Assembly (NCBI RefSeq): GCF_009914755.1
Contig: NC_060936.1
DNA: 64,000 nt
Source: the human T2T-CHM13v2.0 reference genome, Homo sapiens
Reading direction: 5' to 3' (one strand)
The notes under the pieces are model-generated. The model worked only from the letters and a program-made list of their open reading frames with translations, had not been told where the DNA came from and did not search any database. Below, piece after piece: positions 31,021-44,130 of this stretch; position 1 is the first letter of the stretch, and each line of letters opens with the position of its first letter. Both the position numbers and the translations under genes were made by a program.

Positions 31021-34000
31021 GTTAGTCCTACTGGCGGGGTTGGGGGGATACATTGGGAGGGAAGGAGAAGGGAGAGGGGGAACTTTAGAAAGAAGTTGGG
31101 AAAAGTTCAGACGGGTCAACTTGACAGTGGAACCCCAAAGAATAACGCAGAGCTTGCAGAAGTTTTCAATTCGAGGCGATGTGTGTAACTGGATGCGTGG
31201 AAGTATGTGTATAAGCGTGTGATTGTGTACGTGTGTGAGTGTGTGTGCGTGCGCGCGCGCGAAGGAGCGCGCTTTCGCTTGCCCTGGACACAAAGTTACG
31301 TAAAGATGCGCTGGCTCGCGGCGAGCTCGAGGTGCCACTTGCAGAAACTTTGCCAGCCGACCGCCCCCTCCCGGACCCAGGTCCTCCTAGGGTATGGGGG
31401 CCTCGGAATAGCGGTGCGCTCGGGGTCTGGCGGCCAGGGCCGGGAAGCCGAGCGGAACGCCCCGAGGCGGGGGAGGGTGACGGCTTCGCACTGCGCCTGG
31501 GAGGTGGGGACCGAGGCTCCGGCTGGTAGAGACGCGCAGCTGGAGGGAGTGGCGGCGGCGAACCCGGTGGTCCGGGGGAATCCGCAGAAACGGGAGGTGG
31601 GAGTCCTGGGCTGTGGGGTCGGGCTTTTAGCTTTTCTGCCAGGAAGGGGCACCCAACGCCGGGCTCCACTAGGGAGCTGTGACCTTGCTGGAGGGAGGGC
31701 AGGACGCAGACTGGCCCGCTAAACTCGGCGTTGGGGTCTGCAAACTGCTCTGCAGTTCAAGAGCTGCTGGGCGTCAGGTTTTGGGGGTGCGGCGGTCCTT
31801 AACAACGAAAAAAGGAGGCCAAGGAATCTTTCACAACGAAAACACCCGGTATCTCGGTTCTTCCTCCAGTAGTTTTCGCCACCTCCCACTCCTAGCACCT
31901 TTGAAGAGCCGTCACACTTCTAGATCTGTTAACGCTCCCTAAGTCCCTTGCAGGTGGAAGTTCTCTTACAGTTCACCCCCTCCCCTAGGCTCATTCTTGC
32001 AACCCGGCTATTTTCATTTTGGCCCCCTGCAGCCTCAGAATTTCTTAGGGTGATGAGTTTGGGGAGAGGCAGAAATAGGGCAGTGGACTCAGCCTGGGCC
32101 GTGGCGAGGTTTGAGAGAATGCCTGCAAGCATAAGCTGCTGAGCATTGCAGCGCGGAGCAACAAGTGCCTTCCAGCCCCGGCCGTCCCCTGAGCATGCAC
32201 GTCCTTTCCTTGAGCAAATAAACAAATGCCGCACGAATGTCTCCCCAACTCCACCCCTAGGCAGGCTGGATATGGAAGTGGGGTGGGGGCTGGGGTCATC
32301 GGGGCATTGCCCCAGAAGGTCTTTCCTCGGTCCCTGCAGAAATATTTAAGGCCTCTCCAGGTTTCCGCTGCAGCCCTGGTGGCCCGGACACCGGACTGCT
32401 CTTGCCAGGGGGATATTCTGTGTTTTAGGGTAGTTGTCGATCTCTGATTCCTAGAGTCAAGGCCCCGCCTGATTGCACTCCCCTGGCTGGGTGTGAGCCC
32501 CCAGGGAGTGGGGAAAGGCTAAGCCCCGAAGTTCTCCTTCCTATACTCGATGACAAACGAAGGCAAGGAGAAGCGTCGCCTGCCCTGCGTGCCTCTCCGG
32601 ACACGGCAGGCCCCGCTGAGGTCTCTACTGGCGGTAAAGCGGGAGCCCAGAGAGAGAAAAGCGCCTTTTCCACCATTTTTTCATCTCAAGCGCTGCGCCC
32701 TCACCACCTCCTGAGAACCCTAACATTAAAAATGAATATCCTTAACAAACTTAAACGCATGTCTGCAGAGTTTGTGGCCAAGTATTTTCGAGCGGCCCAC
32801 GCAGGGACATAGGGTCTCCCTACATCCCAAACCTGCAGTGGCCCTGCTGGGGGGCTTTTAGCTGCCTCCTCCACAGGGCCAGGCCCCTCGGTACTTCTGG
32901 GGAGGACTGTGGGGCTGTGGATTCGTGGCGTTTTCTGTTCTCGATGCAACTGGTGCTCGTGGGGGCACCGGGTCCTCTTCACCTCAACTGCAAACACTCC
33001 AGAGACGTTCTGAAATGAAATCCTTTCCCCATCCACTTCTCTCCCTTTTGTATATCCGAGACATCCCTAGGTCACCACCCTGAACGCAAAATCAAAAGTT
33101 TTGGTACACGACAGTGTGAAGAAATGACACTAGACGCACCAGGTGACATTTCACTCCGACTTGCAAAACCGACGACAAGGGAAGTGCGGCTCGGCGTGGT
33201 CCAGTCCAGAAGCCTTCCCTCACCTCCCTTCCAGAGAATTTAATCCAATTAGCCTTTCTTCTGAGTTTCCCTTGTTATGTAAAGGGTCTTTTCTCCTGGC
33301 TTGCAGAGACGCGCGCTCCATGGAGCAGTTCGATTCTGCTCCTTTTGTATAAGATCGCGCGCGATCAGAACCAGGAATATTGCTGTTATTATATCATTCC
33401 GAAAGGACTGGAACAACCGACTCACAGCAAGTGCTGGGGCGAAGTAGGAAACGTCCAGGATAAGAGAGGCCGGCGAGCGGGGCCACCGTCCCTTACTCTT
33501 AAAAGGAAAATCCCCGCGAAGTGCCTCGGGCCCGGGAGAACAGTTTTGCAGGGGCCAGGGCTCTAGTGGCCTGCTTTGGGGCCACTTCAGCATGACCTGC
33601 GGAAACGCGCCCCTTTGTTCCGCACACCGAGCCAGTAATATATTCCTCGGGTTTCCCCAAAATACTCAACAAGTGTGGAGCTAAGACAATGGCCCGGTCG
33701 GGGGAAGCTGGGCAGCCGGCGCGCGCCTCCTGGGCCCTAGGCGCTCTCGCTGCCGAGCCCGACAAAGCAAAGCCCCTCTCGGAGGCAAAGCCCCAGCTTG
33801 CCGCGCGCCGCGGTGCTCCGGCAGGAGGCAAAGGCGACAGGCGCGCGCAGGGGCAGTCGACGCACCTTCTGGCCGGTGCGCGGTTTGCAGTAAGCGCAGG
33901 CGCGCGTCCCGCTCGGCCCGCGCTACAGCCCCACGCCGCGCAAAAGTGGGTGCTGAGCCCCGCGTGGCCTGCGCTCCCCACGCGGGCCACCGGCAGCTAC

Positions 34001-34965
34001 GTGTTTGTGGCCGCCGGGTCCAATCAGGGCTGCTCTGCCCGGGTGATCGTTGCTCAGTTACTCAAGTTATCCGGAAATTCGAGAACGATGGGGGAAAGTG
34101 GGTAGAATTTTAGGCCACCGAGAACTTGTGCAAGGTGGGCCGGGCCGGGTCGGTCGCCTACGCAACAGAAGGATCATTTCTTTTAAAACGGGATGGCGCG
34201 TTAGAGAGGGCCACTGCCAAGCTGGAGCTGGAAACTTCTGCCTCCATCCACTTTCCGCTCCCATCTCCAGAACCCAGAGCTGAGGCGGCCAAAGTACTTC
34301 CTGGAGCCGGATTTGAGTTCCCCGGGCCGCATCGGTGGGAGGGCACGCTAGTTTACAGGCCCCCAGCTCAGCACAAATTCTTTCTAAAATTCTACCACCA
34401 AATTAATTATATGCCTTTGTGGGCCCGGGGTAGGGATGTCCAGTGGCCTTGGCGCCGTGCCCACAAGGCAAAGTGCGTCCTGGAGGGAACAGGGCCCGAG
34501 CCTCCTCCATTCTTGCCCAGGCACAGCCCTGGGGAAGGAGCCACTGTCTGCGGGCTTGGGAGAGCAAGGAGCCGGAGGTCCGAGCCTTGCTCCAGCGCCC
34601 AAACCAGACAGTCTCGCCCTCCCCGGGCGTGTGTGTGTGCGCGCGCGCGGGCGAACGGGGCATGTGCGCCCCCATCTCTGCCACCTGCTAAGCGCCGGCG
34701 TCTGGATTTGGCAGCGGGGTCAAGTGAGAGCCGCATGGTACCAGGGTTCCGAGTCCCCGAGGCTGCAGCCCTTGATGGCGCGGAGGCTGCACGCAGGCTG
34801 GGTCCTCGGAGTCCCGGATTCAGCACGCGACTCTGTGCGGCAGCCTGGGACAGCGCGCTTTCCTACCCGGCCTGCAGGTCCCAGAGACTCGGAAAAGTTT
34901 GCAGGGGCCGCCCGGCGCCTCGGGCCTGGGATTTCCAAAGCCGCTCCCGCCCCCGTCCCCAGCGC

Positions 34966-34979
34966 GTCACCATGGAGAC
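34966..34979. promoter_or_regulatory. X-box-like RFX motif GTCACCATGGAGAC with adjacent GC box
   Basis: Fits GTYNCCATGGNRAC; CCCGCCCC lies ~15 nt upstream. Confidence 0.65.
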
Positions 34980-36293
34980 TGCTGGAAGTTGGTGGTGGAA
35001 AACAGACCTGGCGCAAAGCAAAATATTATGAGTGCAGTTGGGGTGACTTCAGGGGGCGGGGGGACCGGAGGGCAGGAGCGGGAGCCAGAGGCAGAGGCCG
35101 ACAACAAAGGGCCCAGTGCGAGGAAGAGAGAGGAGTTTGCACGGGGCCTCCCCGCCGCTGTGTGAGTGCTGGACCATCCTGCTTCCCAGAGGCTCCGAGG
35201 TCTCTAATTTCTCTCCAGCAGCTATACCTTTTCTCAGCCCGCCTTGGAGCCCTTGCTCCCTCCCTCCTCTCCGGGTTCTCTTCCAGCCTCCCCCCTCACC
35301 CGTCCGGAGGTTAGGCGCCAGCTGGGCAGTGCGCCCGCCTCCCCAGGAGCCACAGGCTCACCAACGTGAAAGGTTCTGGCTTTTCTTCCCCACGACCCGT
35401 GGGTCGCCCAGGGTGAGTTTCTCACCCCCTATCTCAAACCCGATCTGAAAGGGTGATGGGTTAGAATAAGGTGGGAACGGAACGGGAAGAGAAGGGAGCG
35501 TCTGGCCAGAAATCTTGCGAGTGGGGATGGGTAAAGAGGAGATTCTGATTTTTCCCCCCTTTTTACAGTGAGAAAGGCGCTGAGTCGTGATTCAACTCAG
35601 CCACTTGTAATATGACTTTAGGTTAATCTTCTAGGCTTTCCAAGATTATTTTTAATTGCCTGTAAAATGAAGGGTTAGACAGCTCACAGGCTGGGATCTC
35701 TGACAAGGTAGACATTTCCCTCTATTCCTTTGGCTTTACTGTAGAATCCAGGAAGCAATATATGAGCTGGTTACCACTATCTGAAATATGACCCACTGCA
35801 CAATTAGGTAATTTCTCCTCGAACTAATGATATATTATTTTTTGCAAATCATTTGGGATTTTAAGAGTCAATAACCATGAACAACTCTTTTTAAAGGCCC
35901 AGAATGTCCTTTCTCATTGCCACCTGCAGTGCATTCCTTAATTGTTTGGCCAACTCCCTCCATCCCCAAAGGATTTACTAAAAGACACTAGACTTTATGG
36001 GGCTGTATCCAGTGCCAATTTAGGGAACACTGAAATGCTTCTAGATAATGAAGCTGGCATCACAGACCCTCACATATGTGAGAGAGGAATACACATTGGC
36101 CAATGTACTAAAATGCGGCCATCAAAGGAAAATCACTCCACCCTCCACTGCTCAAGTTTTTGGGAAGAAGTCTCTTCTCACGCCTAGGCATCCCTCCTGA
36201 TGACAATCTGGGCAAAGGAGCCCTTCTCCTTTCCCTGAGATTCCATTGCCTCATTTGCAAAAGAATGGATTGGGTGTAAAAATTGATATGCTC

Positions 36294-36360
36294 TATTGAG
36301 TTGGTGCAAAAGTAATTGTGGGTTTGCACAACCCGCAATTACTTTTGCATCAACCCAATA
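36294..36360. mobile_element. MADE1 (Hsmar1-derived MITE), shortened
   Basis: TA-flanked TIRs ttgagttggtgcaaaagtaattg / caattacttttgcatcaacccaa. Confidence 0.92.
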
Positions 36361-38321
36361 AAATTCTACCTCTCAATTATATGCCTGTGTCCGCGTTTGT
36401 GTTCTGACATCTATGTCAAATCTTCTGGGTACTTTGTTTATAAAGTAGTTTTACTGACATTGAGCCTCCCAGGCACTCCATGAGCGTGGCATTATTCTGA
36501 AACATAGGGTTTTTCTTTCATTTCCAACATTTTAAGACTGATTTCTAAGCCAAGTTGGTCTGTTTGCCTCAGTGTCTTTTCCAAAAAGGCTGAGAAGATA
36601 TAAAGTGGTGACATCACAAGTTGGGATGCCGGACACTCAGGTCTCTACTCCACAGGTTCCTGAGAGCCCATCCTACGTGTTCTGCAGGTCACTTGGGAAA
36701 CTCTTCAGCTGCCCCTCTGATGGCCATAAGGCTCTGCAGGATGGAGACGGTGGGAGAAACCCCCAATGTTGTTTTTAACCTCTTCCACTCTATTTTAGAT
36801 ATTTGCAATTTTATTAAGGTTTAGGGGAGAGAGAGAATGAACTTGAAGAGTTTATTTGGAGGTATCAGGTAAAAGTGAAGTTTAAAAAAAGAAGAAAATA
36901 GACTACTTTGGGTTTTATTCAGTCTCACTTCCTGACTACCTGCTAGGTGGCAGACCCTGAAGATGAACAAGGTCACAGTCCCTACTGTCGAGGACTTCAG
37001 AATGCATTTACTAAGAGAAGGTATGGACACACTGAGAGTGGTGAGCACTACAAGGAACATAAAAATTGAGTCATTTTGGAGCTTAGAGGAAAGGATGCTC
37101 TCTCTTGCTGAGTACCTACCATGTATCAGCTCTGTAACAGGCACTTTTTCACACATTAGCCATTGAAGCCTTATCACAACTCTGCATAGTCTCTTTTTAG
37201 GATGAAAGAGGGTCTGGAACCTGCCTGAGGTCTCAACTGGTACATGGCAGAGCTAGATTGGAGAGCAGACTAGGCAACACTCATGCCCTCTCCCCACCCA
37301 GGCCACATCACCTAGACTCTGCTGTCGTGATAGGTCAGGGTTTAGTTATGACACTGGCTTTAGGTGGATTTGAATCCCACTTGGTGAGAAGGGAAACAGA
37401 TGGATGAGAGTGGAGAATCACAGAATGTTGTCTTCCCTGGGCTCCAGAGAAAACCCCTCTGAAGGAATCCTGTGACTCCGCCTTTAAGGGGGATTTTAAA
37501 TGGTGGCAGCAATGGGAGGCAGTGTATCACAGCGGTTGAGTAGAGATTTGGGGCACAGACAAATCTTGGCTTTCTTCATTCATGTGTTCATTCATTCATC
37601 CAAGAAGACTATGTGTCTCCTATGTGCCCAGCATTCTGCTACATACTGGGCTTAACAAAAATGTCATCTTTGCTTCCCTAGAGCATAAGTTCTAGACCCA
37701 CAAATAAGTAAACACAAAAATAGATAATTTCAGTAAGTGATTAGCAATATGAAGGAAAAAAACCTATCTGGAGTAATAAAGACAGAGCATGGTGATGGGG
37801 TTGTTGGCTTCATAGGGTGGCTGTGCCACGTAAAGCTGTGAGCATTTGGTCTGGAAGCTTAATGTTGCTGAGCCTCAATTTTCTTATGGGATTGATACAA
37901 CCAGCTGATACAGCTGTAGTGAATATGAAATATGAAAGTGGTAATAGTTAACATACGTTCCATACTTACTGTGTCTTCACTTTGCTAAGCATTTTAAGTA
38001 CATTATCTGTGTAATGCTCACAACAATCCTATTAAGAAGAAACTGTAATTATTAAGAAGAAACTGTTATTATTTACAGTTTAAATAGAGAAACCAACAAG
38101 TTAAAGGAAAAATTGAAACTAGAAGCTGACATGTTCAATAAGTTTCTGAGCCCTAGGAAGCTGGGCTGGCAAGCTGTACCTCGATTGCTTGGGAAGCAAG
38201 ATCACTCTTATTGTGTGTTCCTAACTTTCCTGAGGCAGAATGCAAGTAGGAGACCTAGCTTTTCATTTGTATTTTAAAAAGCAAATGTTTTAAAAACACT
38301 GTGACAGAGAAAGGATATAAT

Positions 38322-38620
38322 GGCCAGGTGCTGTGGCTTATGCCTGTCGTCCCTGCACTTTGGGAGGTGAGGCAGGAGGATCACTTGAGGGCAAGAGTTG
38401 GAGACCAGCCTGGGCAACATAGTGACACTCTTATCTCTACAAGAAATTTAAAAAATTAGACGGACATGGTGGTGCATGCCTATAGTTCCACCTACTCAGG
38501 AGGCTGAGATGGGAGGATCACTTGAGCCCAGGTGTTCAAGGCTGTACTGAGCTCTGATCACACCACTGCACTTCAGCCTGGGTGAGAGTGAGACTCTGTC
38601 TCAAAGAAAAAAATAAAAAA
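38322..38620 (+). mobile_element. Alu (J-type)
   Basis: Alu consensus. Confidence 0.92.
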
Positions 38621-38919
38621 GAAAGGAAGGAAGGAAAAGAACAATAAAAAAAGAAAAATTAAAAAAAGAAAGCTTATCCAAGAGATGAGTAAGTGGCAGA
38701 ACCAGGATTTGAGCGGAGGGCCCACAACCCAGCTGGCTGGCTCTTAGATCCATACTCTTAGTCATGAAGCTGTATTGACTATCTCTTCTTCTTTCTTTCT
38801 TTCTTTTTTTCATTAGGGAGAGGGTGGCAGTGGGAGGAATGCCCAGTAACATACGTAGCATTTTAGCAAAAGTAAATGACGTGCTATTTTCTCCCTATAT
38901 GAAAGTGTTAAAATAGTCC

Positions 38920-39222
<303 letters not shown>

Positions 39223-42200
39223 TAAAATAATCTTTTAAACTGTAAAGGCAAAATGTATAATTGTTGACAAAAATAGGGACATAAGTAAATCATTCATACC
39301 TTTACTACACACGTGAAATGTACTTTCATCTTCTTTGGGATTCACTCAAACTTTGGTTAATATTTGCTTTGTCTCTGAGAAAGTCAAGGCTTCATTCATG
39401 CAACAGGAAGAATAATAGAATGAAGCAAAAGCAGCTAAGTAATATGATAATATATGGAGCCTTTAGGTAACTTAAACAATATATTGCATCTAGAAGTCAT
39501 TCACAGATATGTGTTAAAATATGGCTTCAGGGGTATGTAGTGTGACTTAGTGAAAAGAACATGAGCTTTGCCATCAGACAAGGTTCAAATCCTGTATCAG
39601 TTACATTCTTGCTGTGTGACCCAGAGCAAATTATCTTACTTCTCTAAGCCTCAGTTTCCTTCTTTGTGAAAATGTCTACTCACTACATTCTAGGATGGTT
39701 ATGAAAATTCAGTAAGATTGCACGTGTTAAGTATTTGATTTCATGCCTGACTCCTAAAAGTTGCTCGGTAAAAGGCAGATATTATTATTATTATTAACAA
39801 TAATTATCTGGCCTTCCTATACTTTATTCTAGGTGTCTAGTTGGGAAAGGGGATAAGAATACTGAAAAAAAAATGTAGACTGTTTTAGAATACCTAGATG
39901 TGCTTGTACTATGTAGATACAACCCCAGTTTTAATGTTGAGATAAGTCATTTTTTTTCTGAAGGGTTTAGACCAAAAGACTAATTTTATTTTTATTTCTC
40001 CACCTTTCCCATGAAGAAGGCATTTTATATGCCCCTGTTTGCCATTATTTCATCCTTGTGTTTTCCAGTCTGTTAAAGGAAGTGGAAAATGTGTCTTTGT
40101 GGAGGCAACACCTGTGGGCTTGAATTTAAATCCTGGAAGAGAGATCTGTGGTGTACTCAGAGACGACGTATGTTGCACAACCCTGATCGAGGCCCCTCCA
40201 CAACTCCTGATGCCCTTCCAGTTCTGGAATGTGATGGCCCACATTTTTCATGCCTCTTCCTCTTGCCTTCCCCCCACCCCAGCCCCCTCAACCACCCAAC
40301 CCTCTTATGTTTTTAGGCATCACTGTTTTAAGGATTGAGCCATTTTTACACTTGGTTTTCAGGAAGTAGAAAACTCAGTTTCAAGTGAGCCGTTCTCTGG
40401 AACTCATTTTAGCAGGATGCAGAGAGAGTTTGGTTCTTTTGCCTTTCTTGCATTTATATATATATTTTTAATGTGAGGATAAAACGTCCATTTGTTCTGT
40501 TTTTGTCTTTACACTTTGATGTTTACTAACACTGCAGTTTTTGAGTTCTTGAAATGTTTATGAGAGGGAAAGAGATGATAAAAAGCAGAAAAGAATGAAA
40601 TGCAGCCATTTTGCTTTCAGTTGAATTGGGTCCAAATTGAGGCAACTAGGGCTGGATTGACCTGTGCCGGGAGATTACGGAGTTTATGTGTGTCATATCC
40701 CACCCTCAAGGCAGGAATACTTCAAAAGATGTGTACAGTTTCCACTTTTCTGGTTGGTTATTCTTCCATAAAACATAAAAGCATCATTGTGCCTCGGAGC
40801 AATCAATAATTATTAGTAGAGAGGTGAAAATGGACACGTTGGATTTGTATTTTTGTAGTTGTTTTGTTTTAATTTAAAAGAACAATGAGAAAGCCTTTGA
40901 AAAGGCTGCAACCCGGTGAAGGTTAGTTAGCACTTTGTGTCCTGTGTGTTTTCCAGCTACCCAGTAGTTGTGCTAAAGACCAGTGTTTAGACACAACCTA
41001 AGTGAGACTGCTGAATGTAGCAGATATTTATTTAATCAGAATGGAAATTTACCACTACATAAGCACTGATGTCCTGAATCCATCATGTTGGAGAAAATAC
41101 AGTATCAGTCAATGCAAGCAAACTAGTCTTTGAACTAGATTTTGAATGGACATTTGGATAATCTAACGAGTGATTAGTGATTGACAATTACATCTCCAAG
41201 CCAGCATCTAATTTTTGAGACACAAATGCATTTTGTGAATAAAATGATGTCAGTGCCTTTGTTTTGAATCTTGGCCATCAAATCATCGCAAGTTACATTA
41301 CACTTTTGAAGAAGGAAGTGTTTCTTGGAATGTTGCGATTATAGGATTTATAATTTTTAAAAGTGAGCATGAGAGAGTTTTTGAGTTCTACGTTATCTTT
41401 TTCTGAACGTGATTAGTCCAAATTTGGGGTGTCCATACATAGAACATATTTATAATTTGTGTACTGAATCTAAATGCTCATGAATAAGTCAAGTTTCTAT
41501 TGAAGTCATTAGGATTTTATAAAGTTCCAGAATTGGCAGAATTGGGTCCATGGTATAAACTCAAACCTATTTATGGTGGAACTGATGGATTATTCTAAAC
41601 ATTTTGCCAAGTTTTCTTCATGGTGTTCACTTCCACTGCTGATAATAAGTCTAGGGTGAGGGAAGAAGTAGGGTGCCTTTGTAAAGTTATTTGCCTCCCC
41701 AAAAAGAAAATCAACACAGTTTGCTTCCTCCTTAAATGGCTACTAACCGGGCTAAAATTTCTTTTACTTTTATTTCTTTTACTCAGTGACTCCTTTTTCA
41801 AAAGTAAAATAATTTCTCCAACAAGCATTATTGGACATCACAGAAAATAAATAAGTCTGCCTCAGAAAGCTCTGGGAGTTTACAAGGGAGAAAAATTCCA
41901 GAGGGCTTGAGGCCCTCAGTTAAAACATTAAAACTTTTAAGCTTTGGAGAGAAGATTTCTAAAGCGTCGAGCGGTTGTTGTGAGAAAGCCTTTGGTCTCC
42001 GTGAACTTTTATTTTCAACTCAGTGGGCAGAGTTTTTGAGGTTTCTGTGGTTTGGGTAGGGGACCTTTTCAGAAATGCCAGGCTTTTAGAAAAAACACAG
42101 CTTTTCTTCTAATCAAGGCTGCGTTTTAAAGTTTGAAAACTTTGGTGTGATGACAAGAATAAATTATTTCTCTGCTACGTTGAGGTTTCCTCTGGGTGCC

Positions 42201-43765
42201 CAGGCTGCGGGGCATTCTCGCCTCGGCTGCCTCACAGGGCACAGCTGAGGAGGCGCTGGGAGTGGGAGCGCCGTCAGTCCAGAGCTCGCCCCGCATGTAC
42301 TGGGCAGCCTCGCACAGAGGCCGGCTGAGCCTTGAGCGCCGCTGGGAAAGGCTGCCGAGCTGAGCAGTGCACAGGGATCCAAGCCACGGAGGACCTACAC
42401 AAGGATGCCCCATGGATCCCGTGTTCTGCTCAAAGTTTTTCTTGGTATTGAGAGGGATTAAAAAAAAAAAAAAAGAAATGAAAACACCAAGGCTGTATGT
42501 TGTATATCGATAGCTGATGATAAACAGAGCATTTTGAGAAGGAAGGGAGAAAGAGAGGGAGGGGGACCCCAAGGGAGGATGGGAGGCAAGGAAGAGACCC
42601 CATCAGAATCATTTCCATAATTGACAGCAGGCTAACTTAATGAGTTTTTTCAAAATTATTAGTTTCTTTTTTATACAAGTGAGTCCCTTTTGGAAATTGA
42701 GTAGCAGATTAATCAAACTTGTAATTTTTTCCAGGCACTGTGCTGAACACTTATGCATGTTACTTTATTTAACTCACATATTGACTCTATGGTATTATTA
42801 CCCCCAGTTTACAGATGGGGAAACTGAGATTCAGACAGCCTAGTTAACAATATGTCCAGGCCAAACCCCTAGTGTCAAACCAGGATTTGAACACGGATTA
42901 CTGTGATTCCAAAGCCAGGCTGCCTCCTTGCCTCCCCAACTCCAGAGCTAGAAGGAAGACCTGAGAGTTTTACATTCTAGTTCACCTCCTCTACTGCATA
43001 AAGTTCAGGAGGTCCAGTCATTCCCTCATCCTGGTGGGAGACAGCAGCTCACACTGCCATTCTTTGGAGTGTACTGTCGTGGGTGTCAGTGGGCGACTGG
43101 GTGCCACTGGCCTTGAGATGTGACTCTAGCAGCAGGCTGCTGAGGATGCCCACGGGCACTCCTCCCTGAGTGGGTGCCTCCATGCAATGTGTGCCTTTCA
43201 TCTCAAATCATTCTCAGAGCTTCTAAGTTCAACCTGGCACCACCACTAGGCCAGTATCTTCCCACCTGCCAGTTACTTTGGGAAATCTGACATCTTACAC
43301 ACATCATCAAGGGCTTCATTTCTATTTACTTACAGACATGATTTCACTTAGAATAGGTTCAACATAAAAACCTTGCTGTTAAAAGAACAGCACCTTCCAT
43401 TTGTATAGCATGTTACAGTCTATAATCATCGATAGAATCATTAACAGTGCGGGCTCTGGAATCCAGCAGGCTTCCTGAGAATTGGTTTTGCCATGGGCTG
43501 GATACATGAACTCAGCAACTTAGGTAACCTCTCTGAGCCTCAGTTTGCTTTTCAGTAAAATGGCACTATTCAAATACCCACCTCATGGAGTATTGTGAGG
43601 ATTAAATAAAGTAATATGTAAAGGAACCAGCACAGGTCTTGGCACATTGTAAAAGCTCAATAAACAGAAGCTGCTTTAAGCACCACTTGCAAGGAGAACC
43701 TTGTGGTCCTCTAGTGACTTCCAAGACCTTTTCCCCCAACCCCCACACACAAAGACCACATAGGA

Positions 43766-44130
43766 TGATATGGTTTGGCTCTGTGTGCCCACCCGAATCT
43801 CATCTTGTAGCTCCCATAATTCCCAGGTGTTGTGGGAGGCACCTGGTGGGAGATGATTGAATCACGGGAGCAGGTCTTTCCTGTGCTGTTCTTGCGATAG
43901 TCAGTGAGTCTCATGAAATCTGATGGTTTTAAAAACGGGAGTTTCCCTGCACAAGCTCTCTTTGCCTGCTGCCATCCACGTAAGATGTGATTTCCTCCTC
44001 CTTGCCTTCCACCATGATTGTGAGGCCTCCCCAGCCACATGGAACTGTGAGTCCAATCAAACCTCTTTCTTTTGTAAATTGCCCAGTCTCAGGTATGTCT
44101 TTATCAGCAGCATGAAAACGTACTAATACA
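43766..44130 (+). mobile_element. THE1 (THE1B-like) MaLR solo LTR, full length, sense to RFX4
   Basis: tgatatggtttggct...tactaataca, 365 bp, TSD tagga/cagga. Confidence 0.92.

Larger units (their letters stand above)
28070..35420. promoter_or_regulatory. Patchy CpG-island domain spanning the RFX4 promoter, exon 1 and proximal intron 1
   Basis: High GC, dense CpG, many GC boxes (GGGGCGG/CCGCCCC), no Alu or L1. Confidence 0.88.

Noticed and set aside
34126-35314. Long ORFs of 301 aa and 292 aa (and many others across 28-35 kb)
   Set aside because: Overlapping in several frames and strands, Arg/Pro/Gly/Ala-rich, non-ATG starts, no recognisable domain; expected from stop-codon scarcity in a CpG island.
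35219-35412. Possible cassette (poison) exon from acceptors at 35218/35221/35237 to donor 35412
   Set aside because: Splice-like signals only, all lengths frameshifting, no further support; kept only as part of the X-box promoter finding.
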